Shown: one piece after another, positions 8,182 to 15,584 of the stretch
How positions within the stretch are numbered: the first letter of the stretch is position 1
Layout: every line of letters starts with the position of its first letter
Virus record (IMG/VR): IMGVR_UViG_3300034071_002198
Span: 52,673-72,672 of that record
Direction: 5' to 3' (one strand)
Source of the DNA: an uncultured virus (IMG/VR IMGVR_UViG_3300034071_002198)
Taxonomy: Duplodnaviria; Heunggongvirae; Uroviricota; Caudoviricetes
DNA: 20,000 nucleotides
The notes under the pieces: generated by a model
Told to the model about the DNA's origin: nothing
Seen by the model: the letters and a program-made list of their open reading frames with translations, nothing else
Database searches by the model: none
Program-made: the position numbers and the translations under genes

Positions 8182-8460
8182 CTAGTATCTGTTAATGATG
8201 TCACTGATCTCTTTATTCCTTTTCATTTCCTCTAGTGAACCGTACCTAAGGCCGATCTGAAAGAAGTCTAAGGCAGTTCCAGTGATAATGAACCTACTCA
8301 TGTTTCCGTCCTCATCCTTTTCTACATCCATCTGGATCCTGTCATTCACCCATAGGTCTGAACTGTAGAGGTTCTCATTGATGGTGTCAACGGCCTTTTT
8401 AATGAATTCGTAGTTACGTACTGAGGAGAGGATAAGCTGTGTTCTGTCTGTCATTGTCAT
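8182..8460 (-). CDS. hypothetical early protein (92 aa, start MTMTDRT)
   Basis: Start re-assigned from 8520 to 8460 because 8461-8520 is the repeated promoter cassette and 8460 has the shared AATCAATAATG context. Confidence 0.75.
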   Translation of the reverse strand: MTMTDRTQLILSSVRNYEFIKKAVDTINENLYSSDLWVNDRIQMDVEKDEDGNMSRFIITGTALDFFQIGLRYGSLEEMKRNKEISDIINRY

Positions 8461-8626
8461 TATTGATTGGTATATAGTAAAATTAAGACATTCCAGTGAC
8501 ATAAAAAAATATTTAGGCAACTATTTTGAAAAGTTTTTATTGAGAATCAATCAGTTATAAGTCGTTGGTAATCAATCTCTTATATACGTAAATATCCTTT
8601 CTAACTTATTGGGTATCAATCACTTA
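8457..8626 (-). promoter_or_regulatory. early promoter cassette copy A
   Basis: Core ATGTCTTAATTTTACTAT (8474-8491) contains a TAnnTTTA -7-like box; dyad units have their TTG at 8540, 8565 and 8609. Confidence 0.8.
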
Positions 8627-8766
8627 GGTGACGCGGGCGTGATATGGCTACGGATCCAGACTATTCTTTTCCTTATTCTTTTATACACAAATTGACACAA
8701 ACTAACACTTTCTAACAATATTAATTTTTTATATCCGTTAGATCTTTCTAGTTACACACTAGGTAT

Positions 8767-9027
8767 TTAAAAGGTGAACCCGCTATCTATGTATCTTACG
8801 GTATTCTTAACAGCCGGTTGTGGGGTTGGTTGAGGTATTTCTTCTATAGTATTATTCTGTTCTATAGGTTTTATTTCTTCTTCTGTTATTACAGGTGTAG
8901 GAGTTGTTTCTTCTTCCTTTATATCCTTATCTGTATTTTTATCCTCTGGTATTATATTATTATCTTTATTCACTGGATTATTATCTATGTTTATGTCTTG
9001 GGCCTGTTGGTTTTTGTTTATGTCCAT
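8767..9027 (-). CDS. low-complexity acidic, Pro/Thr/Asn-rich protein
   Basis: 86 aa including TTPTPVITEEE and PQPTPQP; starts 7 nt after the 9035 stop. Confidence 0.6.
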   Translation of the reverse strand: MDINKNQQAQDINIDNNPVNKDNNIIPEDKNTDKDIKEEETTPTPVITEEEIKPIEQNNTIEEIPQPTPQPAVKNTVRYIDSGFTF

Positions 9028-9034
9028 GGTTGTT

Positions 9035-10159
9035 TTATTTTACTTTAGCAAGTACGTCAAACATATTATTTGGTATTATCTCAGCATTAGGAAGTCTTCC
9101 TAGTATATACTTAGTGTAAAGGTTTGCTCTTGAATTAGAAGATAGATCTGTATCTCTTACTTTAGTAGACTTAGGATTTGTCGTAGTTCTTTTAGCCGGG
9201 TTAAATGCTATGTACTTGATATATTGATTAATGGCTAAATCTTCTTTTACTATAGCTGTTACGGTATTCATTACTCTGTATAACTCTCCTTTATTTGTTA
9301 CTATATTCTGGTTTGATCCTACTGAATTAGTATCATCAGACTCATCAATCACTCCAAATGTAACTATAAGTACTGTACTTTCCAATCTTCTTTTTTGATC
9401 ATCAGGGATACTTGAATCTAATTCATCACCATATAGTATAAGTTTACTAACCTCCATCGGTCCTTCAACTGGATCGTACTCTTCTAATTCTACTGCGTAT
9501 AATAATCCACTTGGTGTTTTGAATGAATAAAGTCTATAGTCCTCCATGTCTTCTTCTGTCTTAAATACATAAGAATCTATTTTTTCCTTCTCTAATCCAA
9601 TCTCATTTACCTTCTTACCTTTGAAGTCTTTATTGATATAATACTTGAAGGAATGTTTTGATGCTTCCTTATTTTTCTCAAAGGTTGGGAATAGAGTTTC
9701 TACATAGTAGTCATATATAGTATCTCTCTTCTTATCCGATGGTGCCCATGCCATTGCGTATACCTTATCCATACCTCCAACCTTTTCGGCAGTATTCTTT
9801 ACAGCTTGAACCACGGTAGCCAGAACTTTCAACGTATCTCCTGCTCCAGTCTTTTCATCATATTTATCCTCATCATTCGGATTCTCATCACCAGGATCAG
9901 GAATAAAATCACTCTTAGTTCCTTGAGCAGTAGTATCTGCACCAAATGCCACATAGAGTGTAATTCCAGGATCCTTTGGTTTTTTGGATACTAATACTGT
10001 TACCTCCATAGGATCTTCGTTTATATTAGTATAGGCATACTTATAGTAATCTCCGTACCCTAAATTCTTAGATGCTATCTTATCAAACTTATAAGCATCT
10101 TTTGGTTGTGGTACATTTAACTCTAGAGTAAGTTCTTCAAGTAATTGTCTTAATTTCAT
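9035..10159 (-). CDS. protein with two tandem homologous domains, putative processed head-internal protein
   Basis: Leader MKLRQLLEE. Repeat 1 GDTLKVLATVVQAVK..AMAWAPS..RDTIYDYY; repeat 2 GELYRVMNTVTAIVK..YIAFNPA..RANLYTKY. Linker KVNEIG; ATATTTAT upstream. Confidence 0.65.
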   Translation of the reverse strand: MKLRQLLEELTLELNVPQPKDAYKFDKIASKNLGYGDYYKYAYTNINEDPMEVTVLVSKKPKDPGITLYVAFGADTTAQGTKSDFIPDPGDENPNDEDKYDEKTGAGDTLKVLATVVQAVKNTAEKVGGMDKVYAMAWAPSDKKRDTIYDYYVETLFPTFEKNKEASKHSFKYYINKDFKGKKVNEIGLEKEKIDSYVFKTEEDMEDYRLYSFKTPSGLLYAVELEEYDPVEGPMEVSKLILYGDELDSSIPDDQKRRLESTVLIVTFGVIDESDDTNSVGSNQNIVTNKGELYRVMNTVTAIVKEDLAINQYIKYIAFNPAKRTTTNPKSTKVRDTDLSSNSRANLYTKYILGRLPNAEIIPNNMFDVLAKVK

Positions 10160-10182
10160 CCTGATCTTTTATATAAATATCT

Positions 10183-10569
10183 TTATACCTTACTATCTAA
10201 ATCTCTTATCATCCATTTGATCTTGCCTATCTCTTCTAAGATCATATCTAACTTGGATTCTATACTTGTAGTCTTGCATTCTTTAATATCTGTAACAGCA
10301 TAAGCAATTCCGTCACTATATTCTATTTGATAATCTACCTTCTTACCTTGAGTAGGAAAGTCTGCCATTTGATATTGGTGCATCCAACTCCTACATTCAT
10401 TCGGATGAAGTGGAATACCGTCAGACCATAAGCCATCATAATAAACTGTATAGACAATCCACTCTCCTTCATCATATCTTAAAAATCCTGGATGTATTTC
10501 ATACAATCCGTCTTGCTGATCTTGATTCATCATATCTATTAGAATTTGTTTTTGTTCTTCTTTATCCAT
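10183..10569 (-). CDS. hypothetical protein
   Basis: 128-aa ORF in the tightly packed minus-strand run. Confidence 0.7.
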   Translation of the reverse strand: MDKEEQKQILIDMMNQDQQDGLYEIHPGFLRYDEGEWIVYTVYYDGLWSDGIPLHPNECRSWMHQYQMADFPTQGKKVDYQIEYSDGIAYAVTDIKECKTTSIESKLDMILEEIGKIKWMIRDLDSKV

Positions 10570-10571
10570 CT

Positions 10572-10730
10572 TTATCTATTTTTCATTCTTTCCATTTGTT
10601 CCATATATTCCTCGAACCAAAAGTCCCTGTCCTCATCCCAGTTACCTGTCAATTGAGGATAGAACTCATAGAACATTCCACTCTTTAACAGAGTATTGTA
10701 TGCAGTCTTTGCTTTGTCTAAATTTTCCAT
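10572..10730 (-). CDS. hypothetical protein (52 aa)
   Basis: Hand-translated as MENLDKAKTAYNTLLKSGMFYEFYPQLTGNWDEDRDFWFEEYMEQMERMKNR; fills the gap exactly. Confidence 0.7.
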   Translation of the reverse strand: MENLDKAKTAYNTLLKSGMFYEFYPQLTGNWDEDRDFWFEEYMEQMERMKNR

Positions 10731-10731
10731 A

Positions 10732-10941
10732 TTATAACTTTTCTATTTCTTGTTTTACTTCTGTCCAAAATTCATATCCGCTATGTGTGCCCATATATCC
10801 TAATACTTCGACACAACATTCAATTGCCTGTCTTTTGGCAATACCTTTACGTTCTTTTACATTTAATTTATGTCCTGTTTCTGCCAATACAATTAGCTCA
10901 GACATTGAAATTAATTTGGTTGCTTTTTCTTTTGCTGTCAT
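10732..10941 (-). CDS. small phage protein of the MT-x-KEKA...W-x-EVKQEIEKL type
   Basis: Characteristic N- and C-terminal motifs that I recall from Bacteroidota phages; apparent paralog at 17510-17683. Confidence 0.7.
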   Translation of the reverse strand: MTAKEKATKLISMSELIVLAETGHKLNVKERKGIAKRQAIECCVEVLGYMGTHSGYEFWTEVKQEIEKL

Positions 10942-10950
10942 AACTTTTAT

Positions 10951-11328
10951 TTAATAAGATTCATAAGACTTCTCTTCTACTATACCTGAATTGGTTAATA
11001 GGTTTATCTCCTTCTTAATCTCGGCCCTTCGATCATTCTTAATATACACAGATCTGGCCAATTGGATAAACTTATCTCCGAAGTCTTTTTGCCTCTCGCA
11101 TTCTCGGATATCATCTTCTATATCCCAAAGTTCCTTGTTCACTACTGCAAGATCAAGGTACTTATCATAGACTTCTTTCTTCTTAACAACCTTCAAGAAG
11201 ATAGGAATTATCCAGTCTATTTCTTTCTCAACGTTATCTAGCTTGGTATCGTCTTTGATATTTGATCTCTTAATGAGTAGGATAGAGAACTTGTCTGCGA
11301 TTTCTCCATTTGATACTTCTATTTTCAT
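10951..11328 (-). CDS. DUF6165-like protein
   Basis: MKIEVSNGEIADKFSIL.IK, LWDIEDDIRECE, FIQLARSVYIKNDRRAEIKKEIN and IVEEKSY. A start at 11328 gives an ATGA overlap with the upstream stop. Confidence 0.75.
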   Translation of the reverse strand: MKIEVSNGEIADKFSILLIKRSNIKDDTKLDNVEKEIDWIIPIFLKVVKKKEVYDKYLDLAVVNKELWDIEDDIRECERQKDFGDKFIQLARSVYIKNDRRAEIKKEINLLTNSGIVEEKSYESY

Positions 11329-11531
11329 ACGACCTCCTTTTTTTCTACTTTCCAAGTATTACCTTCACTGTCTTCTGCAATCAGATTAACTCGATTGACT
11401 TTAGTTACTGTACCACGATAATATGTGGTCTCATAAGATCTTCCGTCATGGAAATAACTACTCCACTTAATTGCATCTCCGACCTTAAATTCTCTTACGG
11501 CCTTTTCAGCCTTTTTAATTAGGGTTGCCAT
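11325..11531 (-). CDS. small SH3/KOW-like beta-barrel protein
   Basis: FKVGDAIKW...GTVTKVNRVNLIAED...WKV pattern. Confidence 0.6.
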   Translation of the reverse strand: MATLIKKAEKAVREFKVGDAIKWSSYFHDGRSYETTYYRGTVTKVNRVNLIAEDSEGNTWKVEKKEVV

Positions 11532-11548
11532 AACTTTATATTTTAATT

Positions 11549-11764
11549 TTATTGTTTAAACGAAAATGATTCTTGCTCCCACTTTCCACTGATAGGACAC
11601 AAAGTCTCAAGTGTATAGTCTCCATTGTAAGCACGATTCTCACGGTGAGTCAACCACACTTTTTCGTCTCCTGAGTCCAGGACTAGCTCATCACCATCCC
11701 AAGCCTGTTCGATTGATTCAAGTACAATAAGATCTGAACGTCTGTAAATTCCTTCTCTAAACAT
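11549..11764 (-). CDS. hypothetical protein
   Basis: 71-aa ORF downstream of cassette B. Confidence 0.7.
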   Translation of the reverse strand: MFREGIYRRSDLIVLESIEQAWDGDELVLDSGDEKVWLTHRENRAYNGDYTLETLCPISGKWEQESFSFKQ

Positions 11765-11803
11765 ATATAATAATTTTGTTGGTTAATTAATTTTGGTTGG
11801 AAA

Positions 11804-12220
11804 TTAGGCGGCATTCATTACGAATGCTTTACACGCCCAATTCTTAGCATTGACATACGCATACTGTTTTTGAGAATATAGATTCGTGTCAATCCAATAA
11901 GAGTTGATAGTACCGACAGTAAGATCTTTAAGTATCTCCTCATCAATCACGACAACTTTTTTACCTTTTCTAGCGAATACAGTAAGCCAGTGCTGTCCGC
12001 CTTCTGCCATGAATTGGATAGTTTGAAGTGAACCCTTTTTCCAGCTAGACAACAGTTGAGCAGGTCCAAAATTATTAGCCATGTCATCGTTATATTTTGC
12101 TTCCGCAATACTCATGAACCCGGCTTGACATTTGTAGACGATCCTGTAAGATCCTTTTTGTTCTCTGATAAAGTTACAGGTTCCGAGTCCGAGGGTGTTG
12201 ATAATCTTGTTCATATTCAT
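11804..12220 (-). CDS. hypothetical early protein (first gene after cassette B)
   Basis: 138 aa, start context AATCAATAATG-AAT-ATG. Confidence 0.8.
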   Translation of the reverse strand: MNMNKIINTLGLGTCNFIREQKGSYRIVYKCQAGFMSIAEAKYNDDMANNFGPAQLLSSWKKGSLQTIQFMAEGGQHWLTVFARKGKKVVVIDEEILKDLTVGTINSYWIDTNLYSQKQYAYVNAKNWACKAFVMNAA

Positions 12221-12369
12221 TATTGATTTGTTACATAGTAAAATTAAGACATTTCACTCAAATAAAAAAATTTATTTTAGTCTTTTTTAAAAATTTTCGA
12301 TTGAAAACCAATCAGTTATAAGTGGTTAAAAACCAATCAGTTATAAAGTATTGATAATCAACCAGTTAT
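12217..12369 (-). promoter_or_regulatory. early promoter cassette copy B
   Basis: Identical core at 12235-12252; units at 12301, 12326 and 12351 with an exact 25-bp period. Confidence 0.82.
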
Positions 12370-12399
12370 AAAAAAGAGGCCCGGATAGATATCCAGGCC
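12370..12399 (-). terminator. intrinsic terminator of the HTH gene
   Basis: Minus strand reads GGCCTGGAT-ATCT-ATCCGGGCC-TC-TTTTTT. Confidence 0.85.
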
Positions 12400-12425
12400 G
12401 AAATAATCAATAATGATAGAGGTTA
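12370..12425 (-). ncRNA. candidate 3'-UTR-derived antisense sRNA (seed UCAUUAUUGAUU plus terminator)
   Basis: 12405-12416 read on the minus strand is the exact complement of the AAUCAAUAAUGA start region of the genes starting at 8460, 12220, 13610 and 13873. Confidence 0.45.
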
Positions 12426-12671
12426 TTAAGCCTCCAAGCTAGAAAGCTTGTACACATTAGACTTACGTCCACGTGTCATGTCGTAAGCTTCATTAACGAT
12501 ACGATCGTTGAAGTACTTACCTGTTAGTACGTCAGCCACATGAGTGGTAGAAAAACCGGTTGTCTCAGCAACTCTAGTTACATCTCCAAGACGGAGCTTT
12601 CTGTTTACACGACTAACTTTCTGAATGTAGCTCAATTTAGTGTAAGAGCTCGGGCGATTTGAATTTTGCAT
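12426..12671 (-). CDS. helix-turn-helix DNA-binding protein
   Basis: LRLGDVTRVAETTGFSTTHVADVLTGK is an HTH pattern; the protein is basic and has its own terminator and a promoter-core variant at 12703-12714. Confidence 0.75.
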   Translation of the reverse strand: MQNSNRPSSYTKLSYIQKVSRVNRKLRLGDVTRVAETTGFSTTHVADVLTGKYFNDRIVNEAYDMTRGRKSNVYKLSSLEA

Positions 12672-12761
12672 AACTGTTTTTTTGTTGTTTTTTAATATAT
12701 ATGTAAATTAAGACGTTTTTCTGTATTATAAAAATCTATCTTTAGAGTAGATAAGTTTTTT

Positions 12762-12956
12762 TTAGAACTCATCTTCAAATAGATCTTCTCCAAAGTCTTC
12801 AAATACCGGCTGATTCATTTCAGCATTCACTAAGTCTAAAGTTTGTAGTGCAAACTCTTTACTAACCCAAGGACTACCGTCTACGTCTACAATATCTGCT
12901 ATGTAGTAAAGTCCGTCCATTTCTTTTAAGTCGCTCAATTTCATTTTGTAATTCAT
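12762..12956 (-). CDS. small acidic hypothetical protein
   Basis: 64 aa, AAAGGTTATG start, acidic tail FEDFGEDLFEDEF. Confidence 0.7.
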   Translation of the reverse strand: MNYKMKLSDLKEMDGLYYIADIVDVDGSPWVSKEFALQTLDLVNAEMNQPVFEDFGEDLFEDEF

Positions 12957-13059
12957 AACCTTTATTGTTTTAATTTATTTGTATCACCATATTCTAGTTT
13001 ATTTTTATTCCTATATTGGTAATATTAGTACTAATTTTGGAATAATTCTAAACTATTTG

Positions 13060-13136
13060 TAGTCAGGGCCGGACTCGAACCGGATAAGCAACTCATTAAG
13101 AGACTTGGGACCATCCCGCATTACACCCACCTGACT
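13060..13136 (-). ncRNA. tRNA-like element (atypical or pseudo tRNA)
   Basis: Acceptor stem AGTCAGG/CCTGACT plus discriminator A and T-arm CCGG-TTCGAGT-CCGG. D and anticodon regions are non-canonical and CCA is not encoded. Confidence 0.7.
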
Positions 13137-13142
13137 AGTTGT

Positions 13143-13346
13143 TTAATCCCAACAACCTGCCATGACTTCTAAATGGTGGTCGATAGCAATTTGAGTGGAT
13201 CTGAAAGAGTCATAGTCATACTTAAACTCTGGCCACCTACTATCATCATCCCATCCTTTAGGGAACATAGGTTCGTAATTAGGATTCTGTTGCATGTATT
13301 CTTCTTGGCTCATGCGGACCATTTTTTCTAATTCATTCTTACACAT
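13143..13346 (-). CDS. hypothetical protein
   Basis: 67-aa ORF in the cassette C operon. Confidence 0.65.
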   Translation of the reverse strand: MCKNELEKMVRMSQEEYMQQNPNYEPMFPKGWDDDSRWPEFKYDYDSFRSTQIAIDHHLEVMAGCWD

Positions 13347-13367
13347 ATTATAAAATTTTAATTGTTA

Positions 13368-13610
13368 CTAAAGATAATCTTGGATGTCGTATGAATGTTC
13401 TGTCTGATAGATCTTGACAATACTATCTCCATGAAATTCAATACTCTTTTTTAGAGCTTCACGATTCTTGACAGGATAATCAAGTATCCCACCGTTAGGA
13501 TGTCTTAATTCGACCCTTACGCAATCGTAAGACTCAATGTATCCGGTAAATTCTGCGTCAAACTGTTCTTGTTCTGTCTCAAAAGTGAATTTAAATTCTG
13601 TCATAGTCAT
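13368..13610 (-). CDS. hypothetical early protein (80 aa, start MTMTEF)
   Basis: Start re-assigned to 13610, which has the AATCAATAATG context and avoids overlap with the upstream gene. Confidence 0.75.
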   Translation of the reverse strand: MTMTEFKFTFETEQEQFDAEFTGYIESYDCVRVELRHPNGGILDYPVKNREALKKSIEFHGDSIVKIYQTEHSYDIQDYL

Positions 13611-13633
13611 TATTGATTTATTGTTATTCAAGA

Positions 13634-13873
13634 TTAGGCTTCGATATGGACACCAAAAATGTAAGAAGTAACTTCGCATTCAAGGTTTAGCATTAAGTCG
13701 CCAGGTCCGATATGACGCCTAACAAATGATTTGTCTATGTACAGACCATCTAGAGTGACAGTATCGTCATTCTTAAAAGATTCAAAATAATCCGCAGTCC
13801 TGTTCAAGCATCTGCTTCTGAGGGCGGCTGTCAATTGCGGGAGGTTCATCCTGTAGTTACTAAGCATATTCAT
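13634..13873 (-). CDS. hypothetical early protein (first gene after cassette C)
   Basis: 79 aa, start context AATCAATAATG-AAT-ATG. Confidence 0.75.
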   Translation of the reverse strand: MNMLSNYRMNLPQLTAALRSRCLNRTADYFESFKNDDTVTLDGLYIDKSFVRRHIGPGDLMLNLECEVTSYIFGVHIEA

Positions 13874-14023
13874 TATTGATTTGATACATAGTAAAATTAA
13901 GACATATTTTTGACATAAAAAAATTTATTTTAGTTTTTTCCAAAAGTTTTTATTGGAAATCAATAAGTTATAACTGATTGGTTATCAATTACTTATATAA
14001 ATGGTTGAAAATCAATAACTTAT
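13870..14023 (-). promoter_or_regulatory. early promoter cassette copy C
   Basis: Identical core at 13888-13905; units at 13953, 13978 and 14005. Confidence 0.82.
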
Positions 14024-14025
14024 GC

Positions 14026-14334
14026 CTATATTTTGTATTCTGATTCCAAATGGTTCCAAAGTGACTCTAAATCATAGCAAATAGGACTGTCATCTTTATC
14101 CCATGCACCAGGATCATCCTTACTATATTTGCTACCAAAATCACAGTCATAACAAAACCAACTGAACCAGTCATAACCTTCTTCTCCATAAATCTCTTTA
14201 ATTAGTATAGTAATTACTGATTCATAAGGATCTGCAAACTCAACTAAATCTATATTAAGTTTGTACAGTTGATTAGTTACTTCACTTTGATTCTTTAATG
14301 TCGCTACAATCTTAGTAAATGTTTCTAATTTCAT
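14026..14334 (-). CDS. hypothetical phage protein
   Basis: 102 aa with DWFSWFCYDCDFG and ESLWNHL, resembling a common small phage family. Confidence 0.75.
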   Translation of the reverse strand: MKLETFTKIVATLKNQSEVTNQLYKLNIDLVEFADPYESVITILIKEIYGEEGYDWFSWFCYDCDFGSKYSKDDPGAWDKDDSPICYDLESLWNHLESEYKI

Positions 14335-14422
14335 AATTTAGAATTTACCCCATTGACTTTTCTTCTTAAGTTCTGCTGCTATTTTAAAGCCTAAGAAAAT
14401 ATCCTTAAAAAACTTTATTATT

Positions 14423-14977
14423 TTATTTTTCATTTTTTTTCTTTGTCCATTTAGAATTAGCCATTAGATCATCCCAATCTTTATATCCTTCACTACGAGC
14501 GTACTCATCATTCTTTTTTCTACGGTATGCCGCTGATGCCTCAGGTTCTCTCATCTGATCACTATCAGTAAAGCCAAGTGACTTAGCACATTCCTCTTCA
14601 CACCATTCATGTGAACCTATCTTTATTTCAATTGGTAGATCTGTTTCAATTGATTCAATAAAGTCTTCAAACTGTTTTGCAACTTCATGAGGTAGACTAT
14701 AGATTCCTTCATCTACTTGATATCCTGATTCAGTTTGTTTATCAAATATTTCAATCCTACCCATTCTGTATTTCTCACCAAATAAACTAAATACGCCGTA
14801 ACCTACAGTTGAATAATAATATCTACCACGTCTTGCTTTACCATTTACATCAATACAACCTGGGTTCATCTCAATGTAATTAGCAAGATGATCAGCAAAC
14901 TCTTCAGGAGTTGAGTTAGGATAGTTGTACTTAACGTTATCTATATACCATTTAAGATCTTGCCTATTTACTTTCAT
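14423..14977 (-). CDS. hypothetical protein
   Basis: 184-aa ORF, tightly packed. Confidence 0.8.
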   Translation of the reverse strand: MKVNRQDLKWYIDNVKYNYPNSTPEEFADHLANYIEMNPGCIDVNGKARRGRYYYSTVGYGVFSLFGEKYRMGRIEIFDKQTESGYQVDEGIYSLPHEVAKQFEDFIESIETDLPIEIKIGSHEWCEEECAKSLGFTDSDQMREPEASAAYRRKKNDEYARSEGYKDWDDLMANSKWTKKKNEK

Positions 14978-14980
14978 AGG

Positions 14981-15217
14981 TTATTTAATTTTAACTTCAC
15001 CTTTAACTAACCAAATTATTGGAGCAGACAACAAAAACCATAGTCTCCATAAAAAACCACCTCGAGTATGTAACTCAAACACATGTTTTAATCTACCATT
15101 TTCTACCTTAAACCAATCTTTTTTTGGATTATTAATAGGTAATTTATATCCATTATCTACTGGTCCAGATGCAAATAGATAAGGTGTACCGTCTTGCATT
15201 ATATCTTGTTGTGTCAT
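14981..15217 (-). CDS. hypothetical protein with a C-terminal amphipathic/membrane segment
   Basis: FLWRLWFLLSAPIIWLVKG; overlaps the upstream gene by 4 nt. Confidence 0.7.
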   Translation of the reverse strand: MTQQDIMQDGTPYLFASGPVDNGYKLPINNPKKDWFKVENGRLKHVFELHTRGGFLWRLWFLLSAPIIWLVKGEVKIK

Positions 15218-15510
15218 AACTTATTATATTTACTATCACTTATTTTAAGTCCACAATATAAATCAAGGAAAGCCATTTCACGAGAAGCTATTTTAGAATA
15301 ATAACGTTTCTTCTTTTTAATATGCTTAGTTCCCCATTCTCTCCACTCCTTATTCTGTTCTTCAGTCATGGTATACTGTTGGAACCAATTATCCTGTCTA
15401 CCTTCTACATCTTCAAACTTAAGATCATGGCCTGCTATCTCAAACATCTTATCAATAAGTTCTTTAAGGAGAGTTCTTTCTTTGTTTGCTTTTATTTCAT
15501 GCCTTGTCAT
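15214..15510 (-). CDS. hypothetical phage protein
   Basis: 98 aa, WFQQYTMTEEQNKEWREWG; first gene after the promoter at ~15555. Confidence 0.78.
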   Translation of the reverse strand: MTRHEIKANKERTLLKELIDKMFEIAGHDLKFEDVEGRQDNWFQQYTMTEEQNKEWREWGTKHIKKKKRYYSKIASREMAFLDLYCGLKISDSKYNKL

Positions 15511-15551
15511 TGTAGTATAATTTTTCGAATCAACACAATTTATATATATAT

Positions 15552-15584
15552 CAAATATACAACATTTCCCGGACCAGAGAAATT
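15552..15584 (-). promoter_or_regulatory. Bacteroidota sigma-A-type promoter
   Basis: Canonical TAnnTTTG (TATATTTG, 15552-15559) about 40 nt upstream of the ATG at 15510, with a TTT -33-like element upstream. Confidence 0.6.

Noticed and set aside
8461..8520. Longer N-termini given by the track for the ORFs ending at 8182, 10951, 13368, 17689 and 18783
   Set aside because: The extensions overlap a promoter cassette or upstream genes; downstream ATGs have better context.
8627..8766. Genome terminus or origin in the gap upstream of cassette A (ACACAA short repeats, small inverted matches)
   Set aside because: The repeats are short and at chance level; this cannot be supported without read data.
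12294..12369. CRISPR or mini-array interpretation of the 25-bp repeats
   Set aside because: Units abut with no unique spacers, are degenerate, number only three per locus, and there are no cas genes in the window.
13060..13136. Functional tRNA-Leu(TAA) or suppressor tRNA
   Set aside because: TTAAT sits in a 5-nt loop on a 3-bp stem with no canonical D arm, so an anticodon cannot be assigned.
14338..14433. 31-aa minus-strand ORF MKNKIIKFFKDIFLGFKIAAELKKKSQWGKF
   Set aside because: Plausible gap filler but too short to support from sequence alone.
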